Both the position numbers and the translations under genes were made by a program. 64,000 bases of DNA from the human T2T-CHM13v2.0 reference genome, Homo sapiens: NCBI RefSeq assembly GCF_009914755.1, contig NC_060925.1; one strand, 5' to 3'. How positions within the stretch are numbered: the stretch's first letter is position 1; the number at the start of each line of letters is the position of its first letter. The notes beneath the pieces are model-generated. The model was not told the origin of the DNA. It saw only the letters and a program-made list of their open reading frames with translations, and searched no databases. Shown one piece after another: positions 41,601-55,964 of this stretch.

Positions 41601-44600
41601 GCAATCGAATTTAATTATCGAATGCAATCGAATAGAATCATCGAATGGACTCGAATGGAATCATCGAGTGGAATGCAATGGATTAATCCATGGACTCGAA
41701 TTCAATCACCATCGAATACAATCGAATGGAGTCATATAATCGACTCAAATGGAATAATCATTGAATGGAATCGAATGGAATCATCGAGTGGAATCGAATG
41801 GAAGCATGATCAAATGGAATCGAATGTAATCATCATCAAATGGAATCAAAAATAAACATCATCAATTGGTATTGAATGGAATTGTCATCAAATGGAATTC
41901 AAAGGAATCATCATCAAATGGAACCGAATGGAATCCTCATTGAATGGAAATGAAAGGAGTCATCATCTAATGGAATCGCATGGAATCATCACCAAATGGA
42001 ATCGAATGGAATCATCAACAAATGGATTCTAATGGAATCATTGAACGGAATTGAATGGAATCGTCATCGAATGAATTGAATGCAATCAACGGAGGGTCTC
42101 GAATGGAACCACCTCCAAATGGAATGGAATGGAATCATCGCATAGAATCGAATGGAATTATCATCGAATGGACTCGAATGGAATCAACATCAAACGGAAT
42201 CAAACGGAATTATCGAATGGAATCGAAGAGAATCATCGAATGGACTCGAATGGAATCATCTAATGGAATGGAATGGAAGAATCCATGGACTCGAATGCAA
42301 TCATCATCGAATGGAATCGAATGGAATCATCGAATGGACTCGAATGGAATAATCATTGAACGGAACAGAATGGAATCATCATCGGATGGAAACGAATGGA
42401 ATCATCAAATGGAATCAGATGGAATCATCATCAAATGGAATCGAATAGAATTATGGAATGAAATCCATTGTGATCATCATCGAATGGACTCGAATGGAAA
42501 CATCATCCAATGGAAACTAATGGAATCAACATCGAATGGAATCGAATGGAAACACCATCGAATTGAAACGAATGGAATTATCATGAAATTGAAATGGATG
42601 GACTCATCATCGAATGGATTCGAATGGAATCATCGAATGAAATTGATTGAAATCATCATCAAATGGAATCGAATGGAATCATTGAATGGAATCGAATGGA
42701 ATCATCATCAGATGGAAATGAATGGAATCATCATAGAATGGAATCGAATGGATTCATGGAATGGAATCAGATGGAATCATCGAATAGACTTGAATGGAAT
42801 CATTGAATGGACTCGAATGGAATCATTATTGAATGGAATTGAATGGAATCATCGAATGGTCTCGAATGGAATCATTATCAAATGGAATCGAATGGAATCA
42901 CCGAATAGAATCGAATGGAACAATCATCGAATGGACTCAAATGGTATTATCCTCAAATGGAATCGAATGGAATTATCGAATGCAATCGAATGGAATAATC
43001 GAATGCAATCGAATAGAATCATCGAATGGACTCGAATGGAATCATCGAATGGAATGCAATGGATTAATCCATGGACTCGAATTCAATCACCATCGAATAC
43101 AATCGAATGGAGTCATCGAATCGACCCAAATGGAATAATCATTGAATGGAATCGAATGGAATCATCGAGTGGAATCGAATGGAATCATGATCAAATGGAA
43201 TCGAATGTAATCATCATCAAATGGAATCAAAAATAAACATCATCAATTGGTATTGAATGGAATTGTCATCAAACGGAATTCAAAGGAATCATCATCAAAT
43301 GGAACCGAATGGAATCCTCATTGAATGGAAATGAAAGGAGTCATCATCTAATGGAATCGCATGGAATCATCATCAAATGGAATCGAATGGAATCATCATC
43401 AAATGGAATCTAATGGAATCATTGAACGGAATTGAATGGAATCGTCATCGAATGAATTGAATGCAATCAACGAATGGTCACGAATGGAACCACCTCCAAA
43501 TGGAATGGAATGGAATCATCGCATAGAATCGAATGGAATTATCATCGAATGGACTCGAATGGAATCAACATCAAACGGAATCAAACGGAATTATCGAATG
43601 GAATCGAAGAGAATCATCGAACGGACTCGAATGGAATCATCTAATGGAATGGAATGGAAGAGTCTATGGACTCGAATGCAATCATCATCGAATGGAATCG
43701 AATGGAATCATCGAATGGACTCAAATGGAATAATCATTGAACGGAAACGAATGGAATCATCATCAGCTGGAAACGAATGGAATCATCATCGAATGGAATC
43801 GAATGGGATCATCATATGGAATCAGATGGAATCATCATCAAATGGAATCGAATAGAATTGTGGAATGAAATCCAATGTGATCATTATTGAATGGACTCGA
43901 ATGGAATCATCATCCAATGTAAACTAATGGAATCAACATCGAATGGAATCGAATGGAAACACCTTCGAATTGAAACGAATGGAATTATCATGAAATTGAA
44001 ATGGATGGACTCATCATCGAATGGATTCGAATGGAATCATCGAACGAAATTGATTGAAATCATCATCAAATGGAATCGAAAGGAATCATTGAATGGAATC
44101 GAATGGAATCATCATCAGATGGAAATGAATGGAATCATCATAGAATGGAATCGCATGGATTCATTGAATGGAATCAGATGGAATCATCGAATGGACTTGA
44201 ATGGAATCGTTGAATGGACTCGAATGGAATCATTATTGAATGGAATTGAATAGAATCATCGAATGGTCTCGAATGGAATCATTATCAAATGAAGTCGAAT
44301 GGAATCACCGAATAGAATCGAATGGAACAATCATCGAATGGACTCAAATGGAATTATCCTCAAATGGAATCAAATGGATTTATCGAATGCAATCGAATGG
44401 AATTATCGAATGCAATCAAATAGAATCATCGAATGGACTCGAATGGAATCATCGAATGGAATGCAATGGATTAATTCATGGACTCGAATTCAATCACCAT
44501 CGAATACAATCGAATGGAGTCATCGAATCGACTCTAATGGAATAATCATTGAATGGAATCGAATGGAATCATCGAGTGGAATCGAATGGAATCATGATCA

Positions 44601-47600
44601 AATGGAATCGAGTGTAATCATCATCTAATGGAATCAAAAATAAACATCATCAATTGGTATTGAATGGAATTGTCATCAAATGGAATTCAAAGGAATCATC
44701 ATCAAATGGAACCGAATGGAATCCTCATTGAATGGAAATTAAAGGAGTCATCATCTAATGGAATCGCATGGAATCATCATCAAATGGAATCTAATGGAAT
44801 CATCATCAAATGGAATCTAATGGAATCATTGAACGGAATTGAATGGAATCGTCATCGAATGAATTGAATGCAATCAACGAATAGTCTCGAATGGAACCAC
44901 CTCCAAATGGAAAGGAATGGAATCATCGCATAGAATCGAATGGAATTATCATCGAATGGACTCGAATGGAATCAACATCAAACAGAATCAAACGGAATTA
45001 TCGAATGGAATCGAAGACAATCATCGAATGGACTCGAATGGAATCATCTAATGGAATGGAATGGAAGAATCCATGGTCTCGAATGCAATCATCATCGAAT
45101 GGAATCGAATGGAATCATCGAATGGACTCGAATGGAATAATCATTGAACGGAATCGAAAGGAATCATCATCGGATGGAAACGAATGGAATCATCAAATGG
45201 AACCAGATGGAATCATCACCAAATGGAATCGAATAGAATTATGGAATGAAATCCATTGTGATCATCATTGAATGGACTCGAATGGAATCATCATCCAATG
45301 GAAACTAATAGAATCAACATCGAATGGAATCGAATGGAAACACCATCGAATTGAAACGAATGGAATTATCATGAAATTGAAATGGATGGACTCATCATCG
45401 AATGGATTCGAATGGAATCATCGAATGAAATTGATTGAAATCATCATCAAATGGAATCGAAAGGAATCATTGAATGGAATCGAATGGAATCATCATCAGA
45501 TGGAAATGAATGGAATCATCATAGAATGTAATCGAATGGATTCATTGAATGGAATCAGATGGAATCATCGAATGGACTTGAATGGAATCATTGAATGGAC
45601 TCAAATGGAATCATTATTGAATGGAATTGAAGGGAATCATCGAATGGTCTCGAATGGAATCATTATCAAATGGAATCGAATGGAATCACCGAATAGAATC
45701 GAATGGAACAATCATCGAATAGACTCAAATGGAATTATCCTCAAATGGAATCGAATGGAATTATCGAATGCAATCGAATGGAATAATCGAATGCAATCGA
45801 ATAGAATCATCGAATGGACTTGAAAGGAATCATCGATTGAAATGGAATGGAATAGTCAATGAACTCGAATGGAATCATCATTGAATGGAATCATCCAGTG
45901 GAATCGAATGGAATCATGATAAAATGGAATCGAAAGTAATCATCATCAAATGGAATCAAAATAACCATCATCAATTGGTATTGAATGGAATTGTCATCAA
46001 AAGGAATTCAAAGGAATCATCATCAAATGGAACCGAATGGAATCCTCATTGAATGGAAATGAAAGGAGTCATCATCTAATGGAATCCCATGGAATCATCA
46101 TCAAATGGAATCGAATGGAATCATCATCCAATGGAATCTAATTGAATCATTGAACGGAATTGAATGGAATCGTCATCGAATGAATTCAATGCAATCAACG
46201 AATGGTCTCGAAAAGAACCACCTCCAAATGGAATGGAATGGAATCATCGCATAGAATGGAATGGAATTATCATCGAATGGACTCGAATGGAATCAACATC
46301 AAACAGAATCAAACGGAATTATCGAATGGAATCGAAGACAATCATCGAATGGACTCGAATGGAATCATCTAATGGAATGGAATGGAAGAATCCATGGACT
46401 CGAATGCAATCATCATCGAATGGAATCGAATGGAATCATCGAATGGACTCGAATGGAATAATCATTGAACGGAATCGAATGGAATCATCATCGGATGGAA
46501 ACGAATGGAATCATCATCGAATGGAATCGAATGGGATCATCAAATGGAATCAGATGGAATCATCATCAAATGGAATCGAATAGAATTATGGAATTAAATC
46601 CAATGTGATCATCATTGAATGGACTCGAATGGAATCATCATCCAATGGAAACTAATGGAATCAACATCGAATGGAATCGAATGAAAACACCATCGAATTG
46701 AAACGAATGGAATTATCATGAAATTGAAATGGATGGAATCATCATCGAATGGATTCGAATGGAATCATCGAATGAAATTGATTGAAATCATCATCAAATG
46801 GAATCGAAAGGAATCATTGAATGGAATCGAATGGAATCATCATCAGATGGAAATGAATGGAATCATCATAGAATGGAATCACATGGATTCATTGAATGGA
46901 ATCAGATGGAGTCATCGAATGGACTTGAATGGAATCATTGAATGGACTCGAATGGAATCATTATTGAATGTAATTGAATAGAATCATCGAATGGTCTCGA
47001 ATGGAATCATTATCAAATGAAGTCGAATGGAATCACCGAATAGAATCGAATGGAACAATCATCGAATGGACTCAAATGGAATTATCCTCAAATGGAATCA
47101 AATGGATTTATCGAATGCAATCGAATGGAATTATCGAATGCAATCGAATAGAATCATCGAATGGACTCGAATGGAATCATCGAATGGAATGCAATGGATT
47201 AATCCATGGACTCGAATGGAATCATCGAATGGAATGCAATGGATTAATCCATGGACTCGAATTCAATCACCATCGAATACAATCGAATGGAGTCATCGAA
47301 TCGACTCAAATGGAATAATCATTGAATGGAATCGAATGGAATCATCGAGTGGAATCGAATGGAGTCATGATCAAATGGAATCAAATGTAATCATCATCAA
47401 ATGGAATCAAAAATAAACATCATCAATTGGTATTGAATGGAATTGTCATCAAATGGAATTCAAAGGAATCATCATCAAATGGAACCGAATGGAATCCTCA
47501 TTGAATGGAAATGAAAGGAGTCATCATCTAATGGTATCGCATGGAATCATCACCAAATGGAATCAAATGGAATCATCATCAAATGGAATCTAATGGAATC

Positions 47601-50600
47601 ATTGAACGGAATTGAATGGAATCGTCATCGAATGAATTGAATGCCATCAACGAATGGTCTCGAATGGAACCATCTCCAAATGGAATGGAATGGAATCATC
47701 GCATAGAATCGAATGGAATTATCATCGAATGGACTCGAATGGAATCAACACCAAACGGAATCAAACGGAATTATCGAATGGAATCGAAGAGAATCATCGA
47801 ACGGACTCGAATGGAATTATCTAATGGAATGGAATGGAAGAATCCATGGACTCGAATGCAATCATGATCGAATGGAATCGAATGGAATCATCGAATGGAC
47901 TCGAATGGAATAATCATTGAACGGAAAAGAATGGAGTCATCGGATGGAAACGAATGGAATCATCATCGAATGGAATCGAATGGGATCATCAAATGGAATC
48001 AGATGGAATCATCATCAAATGGAATCGAATAGAATTATGGAATGAAATCCAATGTGATTATCATTGAATGGACTCGAATGGAATCATCATCCAATGGAAA
48101 CTAATGGAATCAACATCGAATGGAATCGAATGGAAACCCCATCGAATTGAAACGAATGGAATTATCATGAAATAGAAATGGATGGACTCATCATCGAATG
48201 GATTCGAATGGAATCATCGAATGAAATTGATTGAAATCATCATCAAATGGAATCGAAAGGAATCATTGAATGGAATCGAATGGAATCATCATCAGATGGA
48301 AATGAATGGAATCATCATAGAATGGGATCGCATGGATTCATTGAATGGAATCAAATGGAATCATCGAATGGACTTGAATGGAATCGTTGAATGGACTCGA
48401 ATGGAATCATTATTGAATGGAATTGAATAGAATCATCGAATGGTCTCGAATGGAATCATTATCAAATGAAGTCGAATGGAATCACCGAATAGAATCGAAT
48501 GGAACAATCATCGAATGGACTCAAATGGAATTATCCTCAAATGGAATCAAATGGATTTATCGAATGCAATCAAATGGAATTATCGAATGCAATCGAATAG
48601 AATCATCGAATGGACTCGAATGGAATCATCGAATGGAATGCAATGGATTAATCCATGGACTCGAATTCAATCACCATCGAATACAATCGATTGGAGTCAT
48701 CGAATCGACTCAAATGGAATAATCATTGAATGGAATCGAATGGAATCATCGAGTGGAATCGAATGGAATCATGATCAAATGGAATCGAATGTAATCATCA
48801 TCAAATGGAATCAAAAATAAACATCATCAATTGGTATTGAATGGAATTGTCATCAAACGGAATTCAAAGGAATCATCATCAAATGGAACCGAATGGAATC
48901 CTCATTGAATGGAAATGAAAGGAGTCATCATCTAATGGAATCGCATGGAATCATCATCAAATGGAATCGAATAGAATCATCATCAAATGGAATCTAATGG
49001 AATCATTGAACGGAATTGAATGGAATCGTCATCGAATGAATTCAATGCAATCAACGAATCGTCTCGAAAAGAACCACCTCCAAATGGAATGGAATGGAAT
49101 CATCGCATAGAATCGAATGGAATTATCATCAAATGGACTCGAATGGAATCAACATCAAACGGAATCAAACGGAATTATCGAATGGAATCGAAGACAATCA
49201 TCGAATGGACTCGAATGGAATCATCTAATGGAATGGAATGGAAGAATCCATGGTCCCGAATGCAATCATCATCGAATGGAATCGAATGGAATCATCGAAT
49301 GGACTCGAATGGAATAATCATTGAACGGAATCGAATGGAATCATCATCGGATGGAAACGAATGGAATCATCAAATGGAATCAGATGGAATCATCATCAAA
49401 TGGAATCGAATAGAATTATGGAATGAAATCCATTGTGATCATCATCGAATGGACTCGAATGGAATCATCATCCAATGGAAACTAATGGAATCAACATCGA
49501 ATGGAATCGAATGGAAACTCCATCGAATTGAAACGAATGGAATTATCATGAAACTGAAATGGATGGACTCATCATCGAATGGATTCGAATGGAATCATCG
49601 AAAGAAATTGATTGAAATCCTCATCAAATGGAATCGAATGGAATAATTGAGTGGAATCGAATGGAATCATAATCAGATGGAAATGAATGGAATCATCATA
49701 GAATGTAATCGAATGGATTCATTGAATGGAATCAGATGGAATCATCGAATGGACTTGAATGGAATCATTGAATGGACTCGAATGGAATCATTATTGAATG
49801 GAATTGAATGGAATCATCGAATGGTCTCGAATGGAATCATTATCAAATGGAATCGAATGGAATCACCGAATAGAATCGAATGGAACAATCATCGAATGGA
49901 CTCAAATGGAATTAACCTCAAATGGAATCGAATGGAATTATCGAATGCAATCGAATGGAATAATCGAATGCAATCGAATAGAATCATCGAATGGACTTGA
50001 AAGGAATCATCGATTGAAATGGAATGGAATAGTCAATGAACTCGAATGGAATCATCATTGAATGGAATCATCGAGTGGAATCGAATGGAATCATGATAAA
50101 ATGGAATCGAAAGTAACCATCATCAAATGGAATCAAAATAACCATCATCAATTGGTATTGAATGGAATTGTCATCAAACGGAATTCAAAGGAATCATCAT
50201 CAAATGGAACCGAATGGAATCCTCATTGAACGGAAATGAAAGGAGTCATCATCTAATGGAATCGCATGGAATCATCATCAAATGGAATCGAATGGAATCA
50301 TCATCAAATGGAATCTAATGGAATCATTGAACGGAATTGAATGGAATCGTCATCGAATGAATTGAATGCAATCAACGAATGGTCTCGAATGGAACCACCT
50401 CCAAATGGAATGGAATGGAATCATGGCATAGAATCGAATGGAATTATCATCGAATGGACTCGAATGGAATCAACATCAAACAGAATCAAACGGAATTATC
50501 GAATGGAATCGAAGACAATCATCGAATGGACTCGAATGGAATCATCTAATGGAATGGAATGGAAGAATCCATGGTCTCGATTGCAATCATCATCGAATTG

Positions 50601-51747
50601 AATCGAATGGAATCATCGAATGGACTCGAATGGAATAATCATTGAACGGAATCGAATGGAAGCATCATCGGATGGAAACGAATGGAATCATCATCGAATG
50701 GAATCGAATGGGATCATCAAATGGAATCAGATGGAATCATCATCAAATGGAATCGAATAGAATTTTGGAATGAAATCCAATGTGATCATCATCGAATGGA
50801 CTCGAATGGAATCATCATCCAATGGAAACTAATGGAATCAACATCGAATGGAATCGAATGGAAACACCATCGAATTGAAACGAATGGAATTATCATGAAA
50901 TTGAAATGGATGGACTCATCATCGAATGGACTCGAATGGAATCATCGAATGAAATTGATTGAAATCATCATCAAATGGAATCGAAAGGAATCATTGAATG
51001 GAATCGAATGGAATCATCATCAGATGGAAATGAATGGAATCATCATAGAATGGAATCGCATGGATTCATTGAATGGAATCAGATGGAATCATCGAATGGA
51101 CTTGAATGGAATCATTGAATGGACTCGAATGGAATCATTATTGAATGGAATTGAATGGAATCATCGAATGGTCTCGAATGGAATCATTATCAAATGAAGT
51201 CGAATGGAATCACCGAATAGAATCGAATGGAACAATCATCGAATGGACTCAAATGGAATTATCCTCAAATGGAATCAAATGGAATTATCGAATGCAATCG
51301 AATGGAATTATCGAATGCAATCGAATAGAATCATCGAATGGACTCGAATGGAATCATCGAATGGAATGCAATGGATTAATCCATGGAATCGAATTCAATC
51401 ACCATCGAATACAATCGAATGGAGTCATCGAATCGACTCAAATGGCATAATCATTGAATGGAATCGAACGGAATCATTGAGTGGAATCGAATGGAATCAT
51501 GATCAAATGGAATCGAATGTAATCATCATCAAATGGAATCTAAAATAACCATCATCAATTGGTATTGAATGGAATTGTCATCAAATGGAATTCAAAGGAA
51601 TCATCATCAAATGGAACCGAATGGAATCCTCATTGAATGGAAATGAAAGGAGTCATCATCTAATGGAATCGCATGGAATCATCATCAAATGGAATCGAAT
51701 GGAATCATCATCAAATGGAATCTAATGGAATCATTGAACGGAATTGA
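38661..51747 (+). repeat. Higher-order repeat copy 3, 9 monomers, 13,087 bp
   Basis: Monomer lengths are 2010, 1384, 1381, 1407, 1321, 1452, 1404, 1321, 1407. The offset is constant at 13,087 for 27584->40671, 28968->42055, 33077->46164, 35933->49020, 38661->51748 and 40101->53188. Confidence 0.9.
47161..47250 (+). repeat. Perfect 2x45-bp tandem duplication (HOR copy 3)
   Basis: Same duplication, at offset 13,087 from 34074. Confidence 0.93.
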
Positions 51748-53705
51748 ATGGAATCGTCATCGAATGAATTGAATGCAATCAACGAATGGTCTCGAATGGA
51801 ACCACCTCCAAATGGAATGGAATGGAATCATCGCATAGAATCGAATGGAATTATCATTGAATGGACTCGAATGGAATCAACATCAAACGGAATCAAACGG
51901 AATTATCGAATGGAATCGAAGAGAATCATCGAACGGACTCGAATGGAATCATCTAATGGAATGGAATGGAAGAATCCATGGACTCGAATGCAATCATCAT
52001 CGAATGGAATCGAATGGAATCATCGAATGGACTCGAATGGAATAATCATTGAACGGAATCGAATGGAATCATCATCGGATGGAAACGAATGGAATCATCA
52101 TCGAATGGAATCGAATGGGATCATCAAATGGAATCAGATGGAATCATCATCAAATGGAATCGAATAGAATTATGGAATGAAATCCAATGTGATCATCATT
52201 GAATGGACTCGAATGGAATCATCATCCAATGGAAACTAATGGAATCAACATCGAATGGAATCGAATGGAAACACCATCGAATTGAAACGAATGGAATTAT
52301 CATGAAATTGAAATGGATGGACTCATCATCGAATGGATTCGAATGGAATCATCGAATGAAATTGATTGAAATCATCATCAAATGGAATCGAATGGAATCA
52401 TTGAATGGAATCGAATGGAATCATCATCAGATGGAAATGAATGGAATCATCATAGAATGGAATCGCATGGATTCATTGAATGGAATCAGATGGAATCATA
52501 GAATGGACTTGAATGGAATCATTGAATGGCCTCGAATGGAATCATTATTGAATGGAATTGAATGGAATCATCCAATGGTCTCGAATGGAATCATTATCAA
52601 ATGGAATCGAATGGAATCACCGAATAGAATCGAATGGAACAATCATCGAATGGACTCAAATGGAATTATCCTCAAATGGAATCGAATGGAATTATCGAAT
52701 GCAATCGAATGGAATAATCGAATGCAATCGAATAGAATCATCCAATGGACTTGAAAGGAATCATCGATTGAAATGGAATGGAATAGTCAATGAACTCGAA
52801 TGGAATCATCATTGAATGGAATCATTGAGTGGAATCGAATGGAATCATGATCAAATGGAATCTAAAATAATCATCATCAAATGGAATCAAAAATAACCAT
52901 CATGAATTGGTATTGAATGGAATTGTCATCAAACGGAATTCAAAGGAATCATCATCAAATGGAATCGAAAGGAATCATTGAATGGAAGCGAATGGAATCA
53001 TCATCAGATGGAAATGAATGGAATCATCACAGAATGGAATCGCATGGATTCATTGAATGGAATCAGATGGAATCATCGAATGGACTTGAATGGAATCGTT
53101 GAATGGACTCGAATGGAATCATTATAGAATGGAATTGAATAGAATCATCGAATGGTCTCGAATGGAATCATTATCAAATGAAGTCGAATGGAATCACCGA
53201 ATAGAATCGAATGGAACAATCATCGAATGGACTCAAATGGAATTAGCCTCAAATGGAATCAAATGGATTTATCGAATGCAATCGAATGGAATTATCGAAT
53301 GCAATCGAATGGAATCATCGAATGGACTCGAATGGAATCATCGAGTGGAATGCAATGGATTAATCCATGGACTCGAATTCAATCACCATCGAATACAATC
53401 GAATGGAGTCATCGAATCGACACAAATGGAATAATCATTGAATGGAATCGAATGGAATCATCGAGTGGAATCGAATGGAATCATGATCAAATGGAATCGA
53501 ATGTAATCATCATCAAATGGAATCAAAAATAAACATCATCAATTGGTATTGAATGGAATTGTCATCAAATGGAATTCAAAGGAATCATCATCAAATGGAA
53601 CCGAATGGAATCATCATTGAATGGAAATGAAAGGAGTCATCATCTAATGGAATCGCATGGAATCATCATCAAATGGAATCTAATGGAATCATTGAACGGA
53701 ATTGA
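51748..53705 (+). repeat. Start of higher-order repeat copy 4 (1958-bp composite monomer only)
   Basis: Carries the same markers as 38661-40670 (GGCCTCGAAT, ATCATCCAATGG, TCTAAAATAAT, CATCATGAATTGG). The following monomer lacks the private variants seen in the 4201/26262 monomers. Confidence 0.8.
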
Positions 53706-55964
53706 ATGGAATCGTCATCGAATGAATTGAATGCAATCAACGAATGGTCTCGAATGGAACCACCTCCAAATGGAATGGAATGGAATCATCGCATAGAATC
53801 GAATGGAATTATCATCGCATGGACCCGAATGGAATCAACATCAAACAGAATCAAACGGAATTATCGAATGGAATCGAAGAGAATCATCGAACGGACTCGA
53901 ATGGAATCATCTAATGGAATGGAATGGAAGAATCCATGGACTCGAATGCAATCATCATCGAATGGAATCGAATGGAATCATCGAATGGACTCGAATGGAA
54001 TAATCATTGAACGGAATCGAATGGAATCATCATCGGATGGAAACGAATGGAATCATCAAATGGAATCAGATGGAATCATCATCAAATGGAAACGAATAGA
54101 ATTATGGAATGAAATCCATTGTGATTATCATCGAATGGACTCGAATGGAATCATCATCCAATGGAAACTAATGGAATCAACATCGAATGGAATCGAATGG
54201 AAACTCCATCGAATTGAAACGAATGGAATTATCATGAAATTGAAATGGATGGACTCATCATCGAATGGATTCGAATGGAATCATCGAATGAAATTGATTG
54301 AAATCATCATCAAATGGAATCGAATGGAATCATTGAATGGAATCGAATGGAATCATCATCAGATGGAAATGAATGGAATCATCATAGAATGGAATCGAGT
54401 GGATTCATTGAATGGAATCAGATGGAATCATCGAATGGACTTGAATGGAATCATTGAATGGACTCGAATGGAATCATTATTGAATGGAATTGAATGGAAT
54501 CATCGAATGGTCTCGAATGGAATCATTATCAAATGGAATCGAATGGAATCACCGAATAGAATCGAATGGAACAATCATCGAATGGACTCAAATGGAATTA
54601 TCCTCAAATGGAATCGAATGGAATTATCGAATGCAATCGAATGGAATAATCGAATGCAATCGAATAGAATCATCGAATGGACTTGAAAGGAATCATCGAT
54701 TGAAATGGAATGGAATAGTCAATGAACTCGAATGGAATCATCATTGAATGGAATCATCGAGTGGAATCGAATGGAATCATGATCAAATGGAATCGAAAGT
54801 AATCATCATCAAATGGAATCAAAAATAAACATCATCAATTGGTATTGAATGGAATTGTCATCAAACGGAATTCAAAGGAATCATCATCAAATGGAACCGA
54901 ATGGAATCCTCATTGAATGGAAATGAAAGGAGTCATCATCTAATGGAATCGCATGGAGTCATCATCAAATGGAATCGAATGGAATCATCATCAAATGGAA
55001 TCTAATGGAATCATTGAACGGAATTGAATGGAATCGTCATCGAATGAATTCAATGCAATCAACGAATGGTCTCGAATGGAACCATCTCCAAATGGAATGG
55101 AATGGAATCATCGCATAGAATCGAATGGAATTATCATCGAATGGACTCGAATGGAATCAACATCAAACGGAATCAAACGGAATTATCGAATGGAATCGAA
55201 TAGAATCATCGAACGGACTCGAATGGAATCATCTAATGGAATGGAATGGAAGAATCCATGGTCTCGAATGCAATCATCATCGAATGGAATCGAATGGAAT
55301 CATCGAATGGACTCGAATGGAATAATCATTGAACGGAATCGAATGGAATCATCATCGGATGGAAACGAATGGAATCATCATCGAATGGAATCGAATGGGA
55401 TCATCAAATGGAATCAGATGGAATCATCATCAAATGGAATCGAATAGAATTATGGAATGAAATCCAATGTGATCATCATTGAATGGACTCGAATGGAATC
55501 ATCATCCAATGGAAACTAATGGAATCAACATCGAATGTAATTTAATGGAAACACCATCGAATTGAAACGAATGGAATTATCATGAAATTGAAATGGATGG
55601 ACTCATCATCGAATGGATTCGAATGGAATCATCGAATGAAATTGATTGAAATCATCATCAAATGGAATCGAAAGGAATCATTGAATGGAATCGAATGGAA
55701 TCATCATCAGATGGAAATGAATGGAATCATCATAGAATGGAATCGCATGGATTCATTGAATGGAATCAGATGGAATCATCGAATGGAATCAGATGGAATC
55801 ATCATCAAATGGAATCGAATAGAATTATGGAATGAAATCCAATGTGATCATCATTGAATGGACTCGAATGGAATCATCATCCAATGGAAACTAATGGAAT
55901 CAACATCGAATGGAATCGAATGGAAACACCATCGAATTGAAACGAAAGGAATTATCATGATATT

